Shown: one piece after another, positions 9,213 through 19,528 of the stretch | How the letters are laid out: each line of letters opens with the position of its first letter | Position numbering within the stretch: position 1 is the first letter of the stretch | IMG/VR virus record: IMGVR_UViG_3300032295_002626 | Coordinates: 4,837-68,836 of that record | Source of the DNA: a virus | Lineage: Duplodnaviria > Caudoviricetes | Direction: 5' to 3' (one strand) | DNA length: 64,000 nucleotides | Made by a program: the position numbers and the translations under genes | The notes under the pieces: generated by a model | Database searches by the model: none | What the model was told of the DNA's origin: nothing | The model's input: only the letters and a program-made list of their open reading frames with translations

Positions 9213-9524
9213 ATGGGAATTAGAGCTGGAGCTACAAGAAGAGTTGGTGCATTATTTAGCAATACCAAAAGAACAGAAAATTTCCTTAATAACAAATCCC
9301 CCGCAGCACTAAAAATATACCAAAGAGCTTCTGCTCGTTCAAAGGGACAACCAATGTTGATTGGAGATGATCTACAGAAAAGAGCTGTAGAACTTAGGCA
9401 AAGGCAGATTGGAGCAAGAGCTCTCACTGGTACCTCTTTAGTGGGTGGTATTGGTATGATGAGAAATAGGAATGGTTCAAGAGGTGGATTTCAGGGTCCG
9501 CGAGGAAGCGGAAGATACGCCTAA
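9213..9524 (+). CDS. Small basic Gly/Arg-rich protein
   Basis: ORF, operon spacing. Confidence 0.7.
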   Translation: MGIRAGATRRVGALFSNTKRTENFLNNKSPAALKIYQRASARSKGQPMLIGDDLQKRAVELRQRQIGARALTGTSLVGGIGMMRNRNGSRGGFQGPRGSGRYA

Positions 9525-9552
9525 TATTCTTAAAATAAGAGAAATGTGATAT

Positions 9553-9966
9553 GTGATGAATGATTGGAAAAATTATACAGACAAAAATGGAGATTTTCAG
9601 TTAGCCAATTTTTTATACAAAAGTATAAATGAATTAATGAAACACTCCTTGGATATGGGAACATTATTGTCCGACGACGCCCATAAGTTAAGAGCTTATA
9701 AAGAGCAAACTAAGAAGCTTTTCAAAAACAAATGGCTTGACGTCGCAAGTGCATTAGAACATTTTGACATCATTGAAAAGTGTGAATGCTATATGGGGCA
9801 AAAAGAAGTTTATTGTGATATATGCAAAGGTTCAAGATACAAGATATCATCTTATTTGTCTCCAGATGAAATGAGAGAAGTAAGTACTTTCGTCAATGCC
9901 GCGCACGACGCAGAGCTTCAAACTAAATTACAAAAAGGTTTAATGAAACTTTTGGAAGAGATATAA
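9553..9966 (+). CDS. Hypothetical protein with CxC...CxxC motif
   Basis: ORF translation. Confidence 0.75.
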   Translation: MMNDWKNYTDKNGDFQLANFLYKSINELMKHSLDMGTLLSDDAHKLRAYKEQTKKLFKNKWLDVASALEHFDIIEKCECYMGQKEVYCDICKGSRYKISSYLSPDEMREVSTFVNAAHDAELQTKLQKGLMKLLEEI

Positions 9967-9967
9967 A

Positions 9968-10150
9968 ATGCTGTGCCCAAGATGCAATAGCATCATGGGT
10001 TTTATGTATAGAGAACAATTTATTGATGATAAAGAATCTGATATAATTATAAAAAACGAATATCTTTGCCAGCATTGCAATAGTTTAGTTATAGAAACTT
10101 TTAAGAATGATAGCTTCTACAGTTCAGAATGGATAGACTTTAATGGGTGA
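9968..10150 (+). CDS. Small zinc-ribbon protein
   Basis: CPRC...CQHC. Confidence 0.7.
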   Translation: MLCPRCNSIMGFMYREQFIDDKESDIIIKNEYLCQHCNSLVIETFKNDSFYSSEWIDFNG

Positions 10151-10883
10151 GTTAGAAAAAATAAATGAAAAGAAAAATTTTCTTAAAGAATTTGAATCAT
10201 TAAGACCAGATTTATTTTTTCCAGAAAATTGGACTGATGAAGAAAAAGATAGAGTTGTTGATCTTGTTCGTCCACAGAAAACAAGAACATCAATGTTCTC
10301 CTCTATTCCTATGTCCTGCGAAGCAGCAAAGTGCATCTTTGCAGAGACATGTCCTTTGTTTAAAGAAAATCTTGCACCAAAAGGAAAACCATGTCCAATT
10401 GAAATGTCTATTGTTTCTCAATTTACTACTGAGTATATGAATCAGCTTGAAGTTCATCCGGATAACTTGGTTGAAGTTTCCATGATAAGAGATTTAGTAG
10501 ACCAGGAAGTTCAATATCTAAGAAAAACAAAACTATTGGCAAAAGAACATTTCATTCAGGAAAATACAATTGGAGTTGACGAAGATGGTCAACCAATCTT
10601 GAAAAAAGAATTGCATTTAGCCGTAGAACTAGAAGACAAGCTTCATAAAAGAAGAAAAGATCTTAGAAATCAATTATTAGCAACTAGAGAAGCAAAAGCA
10701 AAAGCTGGTCAAATGCAGGTTGATAGTGCCCAAGCAATATCTGATATTTTATATAAAGTTCAAGCAATTGAAATTGAAAAAGAAAAGTTATTAAGACAAA
10801 AACTTGGTACATACGAACTTGATGACTACATTGAGGCTCAAACGATAGATGGGGAATCAAAAGAGCAAAATGAAAATAGATGA
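10143..10883 (+). CDS. Hypothetical protein with Cys cluster and coiled coil (possible terminase small subunit)
   Basis: CEAAKC..C..C and helical C-terminus; function is inference from position. Confidence 0.5.
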   Translation: MGELEKINEKKNFLKEFESLRPDLFFPENWTDEEKDRVVDLVRPQKTRTSMFSSIPMSCEAAKCIFAETCPLFKENLAPKGKPCPIEMSIVSQFTTEYMNQLEVHPDNLVEVSMIRDLVDQEVQYLRKTKLLAKEHFIQENTIGVDEDGQPILKKELHLAVELEDKLHKRRKDLRNQLLATREAKAKAGQMQVDSAQAISDILYKVQAIEIEKEKLLRQKLGTYELDDYIEAQTIDGESKEQNENR

Positions 10884-13800
10884 TAACTATTTTACTACTG
10901 GCATTGGAAGGTTTGTTGGTGCGCCTTTAAACTTACCTAGGGGAAATAAGGGTGTTGCCAGTAAAATAATAGATGACAAAGTTTTAAAAGATGTTTACGG
11001 AACCGCCGATGAATTTATTAGTAGATATGAAGGATTTCAACAAAAATATTTAAAAGCTCTGGAAACACAATTGGATCCAAGAGCTGCGAGCAGAGCAAAT
11101 TTAGAAATATTAAGAAGTCAAGGAAAAATAGATTTAACTGTCTTAAATAAAACAGCAAGAGAAGAATTAAGACAAACTTATATTAATGATATATTACGTC
11201 TTCCTCAAATATTTCAAGAAGCCGGTCTTCCAAATATAAATCTTCCATCAGCAAACTTATATAGACAATTGTTTAGATATCAAGTTGATACTAGCTCGAG
11301 AAATCCAGCAGGCATGCTATTAAATAGTATTCTATTAAATGTTAATCCAGAAAAAGTTGGATTAAGTGCATTTAGTGTTGGCACAGAAAATATTGCAGGT
11401 TTAAGAACTGTAAAGCAAACCCATAAAAAAGATTTAGCATCTTTGTTAACTGGAAAAAAAGTTTATACATTTGACGTTGAAACAGCCGGTGTTTTTCAGG
11501 GTGCGCAAACAAGATCTATGGCCATTGCCGAAATGACAGCAAGTGGAAAAGTCAATTTGCTTAATAAATTTAATTTATCTTATGCTTCAAGACAAATGGG
11601 TGGATTAAATGTAGCAACAGCTAAAGGGCCAATGGCTATGTCAGATTTTCTAGCCGGAGGCACAAAAGTCATTCAGCATGGAACAGACGGAGCAGGTTTT
11701 TTAGACGAATCTTCAAAATTCTTAAACAAACTAATGGAAGCAGACCGAGTTGCTGGTCACAACATATACTTTGACATAAATGCATTATTCGGCACAATGC
11801 AACAAATGGCAGGATACGATAAACACGAAGGTGCACAAAAAGCAGTTCAAATGTTTACAGAGAGAATGGCTAAAGATGAAGATTTCGTAGTTGACACACT
11901 TCAGTATACTAGGGCGTATTTAAATGATAAGGTAAATGCAAAACTAGCTGGACGAACTGTTGGATCAGACGCACTAGAATTATCTAGGTTTAGAGATTTA
12001 TTGTATTCAGAAGATTTCATGTCAAAAATTCATTTTGGTGGATCAACTGGAACATCCTCCGTTGAAGCTATTGCAACAAATACGAACTTATTGCAATTGC
12101 TTGAACAAGATATGATTGCCGGAGATGCTGGCGCAAAAGAATTATTTGAAAAAATATATGCTGGTACACACATTGCAGACACTGACTCATTTCTACAAAG
12201 CTATTTTGCAAAGTATCAGATGTCGGATAAATTAGATGTAGTAGAATCTACAGCTAGAGCTAAATATTCTCCGCTCGTCAGGGGCGCACAAAATGTAATA
12301 CTAAGTTCTTCAGCTGTAACTCCAACAACAAATATAGCAAGTGTTTCAAATTTATCTGAACAAGTTTTTCAATCAACTTTAACAGAAAGTGGAATGAAAG
12401 GAGTAAAACTTCGCACAGATATGGGTGGTAAATCCGGCCTGCTTCAATTTGACGCAGAAGAGGGTAAGTATAGATTTGCAGTAGGTCAAGATATAACTGA
12501 TGTACTTCAGACTGACGCAGAAGATATTATAACAAAAGCTTTAAATAAAGCAAGAACTGGAGCTATGCTAAGACCAGATTTCTTATATGATTATGGGATT
12601 AATGCTCCAGCGATAACCGTAAATCAATCAGATTTAAATATTATAGATTTAGGCATAAACTATACTCAAGCTCACCAAATTGATGAAATAACAAACTTAC
12701 AAAAAACTCTGGGCGCAGTTGCAAAATCTGCAGATGAAACAAGCCTAATGGCAAGATTAGGTAAGACTTATGAATTGTTTGGTTCCGATCCAGAAACAAC
12801 ATCAGATGCAATCAGGATTGCAAGAGGTGGTTCTCCTATTGGAGGATACTTTAGTGTTGGACTTGAAGATTATACAGCCAGAGCGCCTGGTGCACTTGGC
12901 GAATTCGCAACAGCTGCACAAAAAGCCGCAGACCCATATGCATTTTTAGATGTTAGAAGTAGAGTTTTTAGTACAATAATGGCAGATGCTTCAGCTCCAT
13001 ATATAGAAAGAGCAAAAGCTGCAGCTTTAGCCAATGGCACAATGGAAGCGATGAAATATGCTGACTATGGTGATATTATGGCTGAGTTTGGAGTTAGTCA
13101 TCTTGAAGGCGTAAAAGAATTTAGAGTATTTCAGAAAATTGGTGAAGACTCACTTTTAAGGCAAAATATTTTTATGCCACTGTCTGTAATGAAAAAAGCA
13201 GCAGAAACCGCTGGAACTTCAACTAATCTATTTAACACTGGACAATTTAGTCTTTCTTACGCAACACGAAATAACGCAGACAACATAATGAACGCAATGT
13301 TTCATTTAGCTAAGGGCACATCTAAACAAGATGCAAAAAGTCTAGTTTCAAGTTTATTTAATTTAGCAGAAGCAGCTGACGGAGCTAATGCAGCAAACCT
13401 TGGTTTGGAAGCAGATGTTTTAAAGCAACTTGCAACATTTAATCAAGATATTGGTGGAGTACTCAACGCTTCACAATTAAGTAAAGATGATTTGATGAAT
13501 GAATTTACAGAAAGATTAACTTCAGGAAGAGTTGGAATAGCAAAAATTGAAGGCGATGCCGCTGATCAAGCATATCTAGGTTTGAAAAGAAGTGGAACAG
13601 ATATAGCAAACGACATTGTTTCAAGAGAGATATTATTGCCAATTCTAGACACTGTTGGTGACGAGGTTGTAAGGGTTGGACCAGGAGTTAATCAAGAAGT
13701 CATGAGAAGAGCTGGACTACAGGGAGCTATGGATAGCGCAAATGGAAGTATTATAGGATTCTTAAATGATTCAGCAGAAATTTTATCTCAAGGCAATAAT

Positions 13801-14172
13801 GCATCAAAAGCAAGAACTCAAATAAGAAGAGCTAAACTTGGACAAAGCCCAAACAAAATGCTTGATTTTTATATTAATAATAAAACAAAAATGGGTATAG
13901 CAGGATTGGCAGTTGGTGCCGTTGGGTTGGGTTATCTGGCATCAAAGAAATACAGAGAACATAGACTGTACGATGAAACACTTCAGCAGCAGCCAACCTC
14001 TAGAATGTCAACTGGACAAATGATGAGGCAATCTGCTCCAGCTAGCAGTACTATTAATTCATATAGAAGAGATCCGTTGGTTACAGCTGGCGTTGTTGGT
14101 AATTTAGATAGAAATAAAGTAAACCATTATAAAATGGGAAATGATAAATATAATCATTTATTCGGAGGATAG
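10870..14172 (+). CDS. About 1,100-aa protein with a DEDDh 3'-5' exonuclease-like domain and a C-terminal hydrophobic segment
   Basis: TFDVET, AGHNIYFD, HIADTD motifs; MGIAGLAVGAVGLGYL near the C-terminus. Confidence 0.7.
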   Translation: MKIDDNYFTTGIGRFVGAPLNLPRGNKGVASKIIDDKVLKDVYGTADEFISRYEGFQQKYLKALETQLDPRAASRANLEILRSQGKIDLTVLNKTAREELRQTYINDILRLPQIFQEAGLPNINLPSANLYRQLFRYQVDTSSRNPAGMLLNSILLNVNPEKVGLSAFSVGTENIAGLRTVKQTHKKDLASLLTGKKVYTFDVETAGVFQGAQTRSMAIAEMTASGKVNLLNKFNLSYASRQMGGLNVATAKGPMAMSDFLAGGTKVIQHGTDGAGFLDESSKFLNKLMEADRVAGHNIYFDINALFGTMQQMAGYDKHEGAQKAVQMFTERMAKDEDFVVDTLQYTRAYLNDKVNAKLAGRTVGSDALELSRFRDLLYSEDFMSKIHFGGSTGTSSVEAIATNTNLLQLLEQDMIAGDAGAKELFEKIYAGTHIADTDSFLQSYFAKYQMSDKLDVVESTARAKYSPLVRGAQNVILSSSAVTPTTNIASVSNLSEQVFQSTLTESGMKGVKLRTDMGGKSGLLQFDAEEGKYRFAVGQDITDVLQTDAEDIITKALNKARTGAMLRPDFLYDYGINAPAITVNQSDLNIIDLGINYTQAHQIDEITNLQKTLGAVAKSADETSLMARLGKTYELFGSDPETTSDAIRIARGGSPIGGYFSVGLEDYTARAPGALGEFATAAQKAADPYAFLDVRSRVFSTIMADASAPYIERAKAAALANGTMEAMKYADYGDIMAEFGVSHLEGVKEFRVFQKIGEDSLLRQNIFMPLSVMKKAAETAGTSTNLFNTGQFSLSYATRNNADNIMNAMFHLAKGTSKQDAKSLVSSLFNLAEAADGANAANLGLEADVLKQLATFNQDIGGVLNASQLSKDDLMNEFTERLTSGRVGIAKIEGDAADQAYLGLKRSGTDIANDIVSREILLPILDTVGDEVVRVGPGVNQEVMRRAGLQGAMDSANGSIIGFLNDSAEILSQGNNASKARTQIRRAKLGQSPNKMLDFYINNKTKMGIAGLAVGAVGLGYLASKKYREHRLYDETLQQQPTSRMSTGQMMRQSAPASSTINSYRRDPLVTAGVVGNLDRNKVNHYKMGNDKYNHLFGG

Positions 14173-14176
14173 TTAA

Positions 14177-14698
14177 ATGCCAAAAGTTGGTACATTAGTT
14201 GGTTTTGGAGCCTTATTTGGTTTGGGCGCCTTGAATACCGCTGGCAAGTCTGCAAAAGAAGGTATGATGGAAGCTGCGTTTGGCAGTCCTGACGCAGACA
14301 GAGCATTTTTGGGAACAGAGTTGTCAGGAAGGTTTTTGGCTGGCTCAATTCTTGGTGGACCTGTTGGTAGTTTAATGCAAGCATCTGCACCACTAGATTA
14401 TATGAAGGTTAACCCCGTTGCAGCAACAGCAAAAACACAACTTGCATCAACAGTTGTTGGTGGAGCAATTGGTGGCGCAATAGGTAGTATGCGTGGTGGA
14501 AAAATTGGGGCTATTGGAGCAATAGCTGGTGCAGCAATAGGAGCTGCTGCACCACTTAATTATACAAGACAAAGAATAGCAGCTAATCAAGATTTTTACT
14601 CTCAAAGTCCGTATGCAAGATCAAGACAATTGGCAAATGAATTAAATGCGTCTGGAGACATAGTTCTCGGAATGCACAATGCTAGAGGCGGATATTAA
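14177..14698 (+). CDS. Gly/Ala-rich putative internal virion or membrane protein
   Basis: GGAIGGAIG glycine-zipper-like stretch. Confidence 0.6.
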   Translation: MPKVGTLVGFGALFGLGALNTAGKSAKEGMMEAAFGSPDADRAFLGTELSGRFLAGSILGGPVGSLMQASAPLDYMKVNPVAATAKTQLASTVVGGAIGGAIGSMRGGKIGAIGAIAGAAIGAAAPLNYTRQRIAANQDFYSQSPYARSRQLANELNASGDIVLGMHNARGGY

Positions 14699-16098
14699 TG
14701 CCACTTAATCCATTAACTGGACAATTTGAGGATTACGCCAATCCACAAGCTAACGAGTCGTTAGCAATGAGAATGATGGGGGCTGCTCCAGGCATAACTG
14801 CATCTCTTGGCATGAGTTCCAGAAGAGGTGCTAACACGCTTATGCGTGGAGGTTATTTCGATGATACTACAAGACGAAGACGAGCTTCAAGACGAGCAAA
14901 TTATCAGGTATTTCAAAGCGGTAGTGTTACACCTACTCCAGCAACAAGAAAATCATTCTTATTTGGAGGTGCAAGATTTGCAGATGACGCAGCAGCTGCA
15001 GGTAGTGGTAAAATGGCATTTGCTAAAACATCAAGAGTTAATAATGCATTTTATAGACCAAGAAATCTTAGTCGCTTTCATTCATTAAGTGTGTTTGGTG
15101 CAAATGAAGGAAGTAGTCTTTATACATATGCTCAAGGACATAGGTTATTTAATAAAACAGAAAAATTTGGGATGGGCAGACTAAGAAATGCAGCTGGAGT
15201 AGGTGCTGGAGAAGCTGCATTGGGACCAGGACTTTTTGCAGCTGTATCAGCTGGAAGAAGAATGGATTTACGTGGTCCTGGAAACCTTGATGATTTTGCC
15301 ATGAGGATAGAAAGACTAGCCACAATGAATAATCCAGCCTTAATGCGAGGTACATCTGGAATATCATTTTCACAAGCATCTGCAATGACAGCCTTTGAAA
15401 GAGGAGGAATGTCTGCTAGTGCATATTCAGCTGCAAACCCAGGAACTGCTAGCGCATATACTTCGGGAATGGCCGCTGTTAGAGCTGGAGAAAAAGGCGT
15501 AGCCGGAAACTTACTTGTATCTTCAATGGGTGGTTTAGGAACTCAATATTTAGGTGGATACTTTAGAGGAGCACAAGGTTTTGCTCGAGCAGGTGGATTA
15601 TCCGAAGCAGCTGGAAAAGGTGCACAAGCAGCCGTATCTCATATGGAGGAAGCAATATTTAAAAAATTTGGATCTCCAAGTATGCACTTAGGTTCAGAAG
15701 CTCTTGAAAAAGGTGTTTTTAAAACTTTTAAAAACGCAGGTATTGGCAAAATGGGAGTTGCTAAATTGCTTGGAACTGCAGCTGGAGCAAAAGTTCTTGG
15801 AGCAAGAGGAGCTGCATTAGCACTGCCTGGTTTACAGTTTGTCGCAGCAGCATCATTTGTTTATGATCTAGGAAAGATGGCTGGAGAAGTAGTTAAGAGT
15901 GGAATCAACTTAGCTCGCGATGCGAATAAATCTCTTCAGGGTTCAATTAATAAACCAATGTTTGGAATGGGCTATAGAGACACAGAAGCAGCAGCAACCT
16001 CAAGGTCAAGAGGCGTTATGGCTATTCAAAATTCTAGACTAAATGCAAGAAGTGTGTTAGGATCGGAAGCTGGAATGATGGCTTCCCACTTTGGATAA
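14698..16098 (+). CDS. Gly/Ala-rich putative internal virion protein
   Basis: Composition; lies immediately before the terminase. Confidence 0.55.
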   Translation: MPLNPLTGQFEDYANPQANESLAMRMMGAAPGITASLGMSSRRGANTLMRGGYFDDTTRRRRASRRANYQVFQSGSVTPTPATRKSFLFGGARFADDAAAAGSGKMAFAKTSRVNNAFYRPRNLSRFHSLSVFGANEGSSLYTYAQGHRLFNKTEKFGMGRLRNAAGVGAGEAALGPGLFAAVSAGRRMDLRGPGNLDDFAMRIERLATMNNPALMRGTSGISFSQASAMTAFERGGMSASAYSAANPGTASAYTSGMAAVRAGEKGVAGNLLVSSMGGLGTQYLGGYFRGAQGFARAGGLSEAAGKGAQAAVSHMEEAIFKKFGSPSMHLGSEALEKGVFKTFKNAGIGKMGVAKLLGTAAGAKVLGARGAALALPGLQFVAAASFVYDLGKMAGEVVKSGINLARDANKSLQGSINKPMFGMGYRDTEAAATSRSRGVMAIQNSRLNARSVLGSEAGMMASHFG

Positions 16099-16101
16099 AC
16101 T

Positions 16102-17952
16102 ATGAACGATAAAACAAAAGCTTTTAGAGAACAACTAAAAAAACTCTCAAGAGAAGATTTACTTGAAATAATAAAAAATCAAGATATAGAAATATATAAA
16201 CAAGTAAATAGAATTGAGTGGGTATTTAGAAATAAGCTCTCACATGTTAACTGGAATAGTGGACTTCCTGTTCTAGATAGAGATATGACTAATGAAGAAT
16301 TAGCATATCTAATTGACGAACCATTTGAGATAGATAAAGAGCTTTTGGATCTTGGCGTCAGTGCAGAACAGCAAAGGCAAATACATATAGCAAAAGATCC
16401 AGTTGTTTGGGCAAAGCACTTTTTGAAAGCAGAACCAAGAGCCTATCAAATATTGATATTAAGACATCCTTCTTTAAGAAAAGTATTGAGAGCTGGTCGT
16501 CGTCTAGGTAAAACATTTACTTTGGCGATACAGTTATTACACTATAGCTACACCCATAAAGACGGCAGATGCTTGGTTGTTGCGCCAATGAAAACTCAGG
16601 TGGAATTGATTTATCAGGAAATTCTTAGAATAGCTTCTAAGAATGAAATTGTTATGAACTCAATGACAAGAAAAGTAACAAGCCCGCAATTCATGATGGA
16701 ATTCTCTAATGGTTCAACTATTAGATTCTTTACCTCAGGAATGAGATCTGGTGGAAAGTCAGACGTAGCTCGTGGTCAGGAAGCACACTTAATTATATTA
16801 GACGAAATGGACTACATGCATTCTGGTGACCTAGATGCGTTGTACGCGATGCTTCAGAAAACAGCTGAAGATCAACCAGACAAGGTTATGATAGGTGCTT
16901 CTACTCCAACTGGCAGAAGAGAAAAATTTTGGGAATGGTGCAATAGTAATAGATTTCAAGAATTTTGGTTTCCATCATATGTAAACCCATTTTTTAGTAA
17001 AGACCAAGAAGACGAATTTAGAGAACAGTATTCTGAAATAGGATATAGACATGAAATTGAAGCCGACTGGGGCGAAGACTCAGAAGGTGTATATCCAAGA
17101 AAATATGTTGACATGGCATTTGTTGATCCAGGCTGGAAATACAACGCCGAAGTTACATCGGCTAGATCATTTTTTACGATAGGTGTTGACTGGGATAAAT
17201 ATGGGGCTGGAACAAATATCGTTGTAGTTGAAGCTTGCAATGACACTTATGAAGATGAAAGATTTAGGGGAAGAACTAGAGTCTGCTACAGAGAAGAAAT
17301 ACCTCGTTCTGAATACACTCTAACTAAAGCTGTAGATAGAATTATGGAGCTTAATAAAATATTCCAGCCAAAACACATTTATGTTGACAGAGGCTTCGGA
17401 GAAGTTCAAGTAGAACTATTGCATAAAGCTGGAGTAGAAAACCCTCAAACAAAATTAAGAGAAAGAGTAAAAGGCGTTTCATTTGCTGAAACGATAGAAG
17501 TAAAAGACCCTTATACTCAGCTTCCAGTCAAAAAAGAAATGAAACCATTTATGGTTGACAACTTGAGACAATATTTAGAAAAAGAAAAAATTCTTTTCTC
17601 AGAATCAGATGAAGAACTTTATTTGCAATTAATATCTTATATTGTTGTAAGAACTACCCAAACTGGAAGGCCTGTTTTTGAAGCAGGTGGATCAGCAATG
17701 GATCACGCGCACGACGCCTTGATGTTGGCTCTTTTAGCTATTACCCAAAATTATGGGGAACTAATGAGATCAAACTATACAACAAAAACTCAGTCATTCT
17801 CAAATACATTTTATATGCCAAAACCATCTTCATCAGAAGATGATGCTCCTGAACCAAAACATACGCCATCTGTTGGCAGAGCCGATGCATTAATGGCATC
17901 TAGGACTGGAAGAATGGCTGGCAAACCAAAACTAAAAAGAAAAATATTTTAG
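16102..17952 (+). CDS. terL: Terminase large subunit
   Basis: AGRRLGKT Walker A, LIILDEMDY Walker B, ASTP motif, IGVDW nuclease motif, HAHDAL. Confidence 0.93.
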   Translation: MNDKTKAFREQLKKLSREDLLEIIKNQDIEIYKQVNRIEWVFRNKLSHVNWNSGLPVLDRDMTNEELAYLIDEPFEIDKELLDLGVSAEQQRQIHIAKDPVVWAKHFLKAEPRAYQILILRHPSLRKVLRAGRRLGKTFTLAIQLLHYSYTHKDGRCLVVAPMKTQVELIYQEILRIASKNEIVMNSMTRKVTSPQFMMEFSNGSTIRFFTSGMRSGGKSDVARGQEAHLIILDEMDYMHSGDLDALYAMLQKTAEDQPDKVMIGASTPTGRREKFWEWCNSNRFQEFWFPSYVNPFFSKDQEDEFREQYSEIGYRHEIEADWGEDSEGVYPRKYVDMAFVDPGWKYNAEVTSARSFFTIGVDWDKYGAGTNIVVVEACNDTYEDERFRGRTRVCYREEIPRSEYTLTKAVDRIMELNKIFQPKHIYVDRGFGEVQVELLHKAGVENPQTKLRERVKGVSFAETIEVKDPYTQLPVKKEMKPFMVDNLRQYLEKEKILFSESDEELYLQLISYIVVRTTQTGRPVFEAGGSAMDHAHDALMLALLAITQNYGELMRSNYTTKTQSFSNTFYMPKPSSSEDDAPEPKHTPSVGRADALMASRTGRMAGKPKLKRKIF

Positions 17953-17960
17953 GTTAATTT

Positions 17961-19526
17961 ATGTCAATAAATAATATAGAACAAAATGTAAATGGTTCAA
18001 ATAATTTTTATTCAGCAGAAAAAGCTGATGTATCTTTCTTTGAACAAAAATCACCACAAAAACAAATAGATCAAAATCCAACTGGGATTGTTCCTGGTAA
18101 ATTTGAGAATGCCCTCAGACCAGATTACTTTATTCCTCTAGAAGGATGTAAAACCCAAATAATACAAACTTATAATTTTTTAAATAAAACTAAATCAACT
18201 TTAGAAAAATTATTATCAAATGTTTATATAAATCCATCTATAAACATTGCCTTAGAAGAGTCACATAGAAAATTATGGAAAGAATTATTAAAATATAATT
18301 CTACACAAAAAACTGCACCAGATTACATTTCATTTAGTGAATATAAATACGCAGAAAGATCTATGTCGACCAGTGCAAGAAGAATGCTAGAAAATTATCA
18401 TCAATCGATTTCTCAGTCATCATTTGCATATTTGTTTGATTTGCGAAATCTATTGACGTTCATGCTTAACGAAGCCTCAAACATAAAAGATATTTTATTA
18501 TTAAAGTTTGGAGATGATTACGAAGATGACTCACAGAAACAGATTGCATTACAGTTCGACTCATGGGCCAAAATGGCGTCACAACACACGCAGTACATTA
18601 GGCAGACAATCATATCGTCCCCAAGCCAAATTCCAGCTTCCGAATTGGATAAAACAACAAAAAGGCAATCAGTTGAATTCCAAGCGTTTTTTTCAATTAA
18701 ATTAAACGCATTACATGATGAAACTAAAAATGTTATAGAATCTCTAAAGAGAGACTATCTCGACAACTGTGACATCTTCTATCAAAGATATTTATCTCAA
18801 TCTATTGACTTTAAGAATCAAATAGTTTCTTCAATGGAATTAGATTATTATACAACAGCAATGTCAAGAGAGCTTCCTGTAATGACACAAGAATTGCTTT
18901 CCGCAACAAACATTATTAATGCTAACTTCGGAATGATCTTGGCTGACATGATACAAAGAAATTATGTTATTAATTTTAATGTAGAGAAATTATTCTCTTT
19001 GGTAACAAGTAAGAGAAAATATTCAAACTACATATATCAACTATCATCTAAGGGTCAACCAAAGCCAGTAATAATTAAAACAGTTAAAGATGACAAGTAT
19101 GCAAGAATATTTGACTCAACACATGAAACATATAGAACAGAAAGTGATTTGGTTTCAAGTCACGCTAGTCTAGACGATTTAACAGAAGATCATCATCCCC
19201 AGTACTTGCTTAAGGATGGTGGAATAATTAGTGGAGATATATCTGTAGAAAATAATGCAAAGATAGATGGTGTTAAACTTTCAACACATTCTCACACTGG
19301 ATCAGATGGCTCAGAAAGAATTAAATCTATAGACATTGATTACGTATCCGTAAGACAAAGTGAAGAGCTAGTACCTCCTCAACCGCTATCTGTAAACATC
19401 GTTTCTTATGTAACGGATATATTAGATGGTGGAGTTCCGTTGGCAGATGCTATAATTGATATTGAAATCGACGACAATGCCTACGACGAAAACCACGACT
19501 ACGTAATTGAGGTTATTCAAATTTAA
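17961..19526 (+). CDS. Putative virion protein (helical N-terminus, fibre-like HSHTG segment)
   Basis: DDLTEDHHPQYL and THSHTGSDGS motifs typical of tail-associated proteins. Confidence 0.5.
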   Translation: MSINNIEQNVNGSNNFYSAEKADVSFFEQKSPQKQIDQNPTGIVPGKFENALRPDYFIPLEGCKTQIIQTYNFLNKTKSTLEKLLSNVYINPSINIALEESHRKLWKELLKYNSTQKTAPDYISFSEYKYAERSMSTSARRMLENYHQSISQSSFAYLFDLRNLLTFMLNEASNIKDILLLKFGDDYEDDSQKQIALQFDSWAKMASQHTQYIRQTIISSPSQIPASELDKTTKRQSVEFQAFFSIKLNALHDETKNVIESLKRDYLDNCDIFYQRYLSQSIDFKNQIVSSMELDYYTTAMSRELPVMTQELLSATNIINANFGMILADMIQRNYVINFNVEKLFSLVTSKRKYSNYIYQLSSKGQPKPVIIKTVKDDKYARIFDSTHETYRTESDLVSSHASLDDLTEDHHPQYLLKDGGIISGDISVENNAKIDGVKLSTHSHTGSDGSERIKSIDIDYVSVRQSEELVPPQPLSVNIVSYVTDILDGGVPLADAIIDIEIDDNAYDENHDYVIEVIQI

Positions 19527-19528
19527 TT

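Noticed and set aside
5940-17952. Inteins or introns in recA and terL
   Set aside because: Both are of ordinary length with contiguous motifs.
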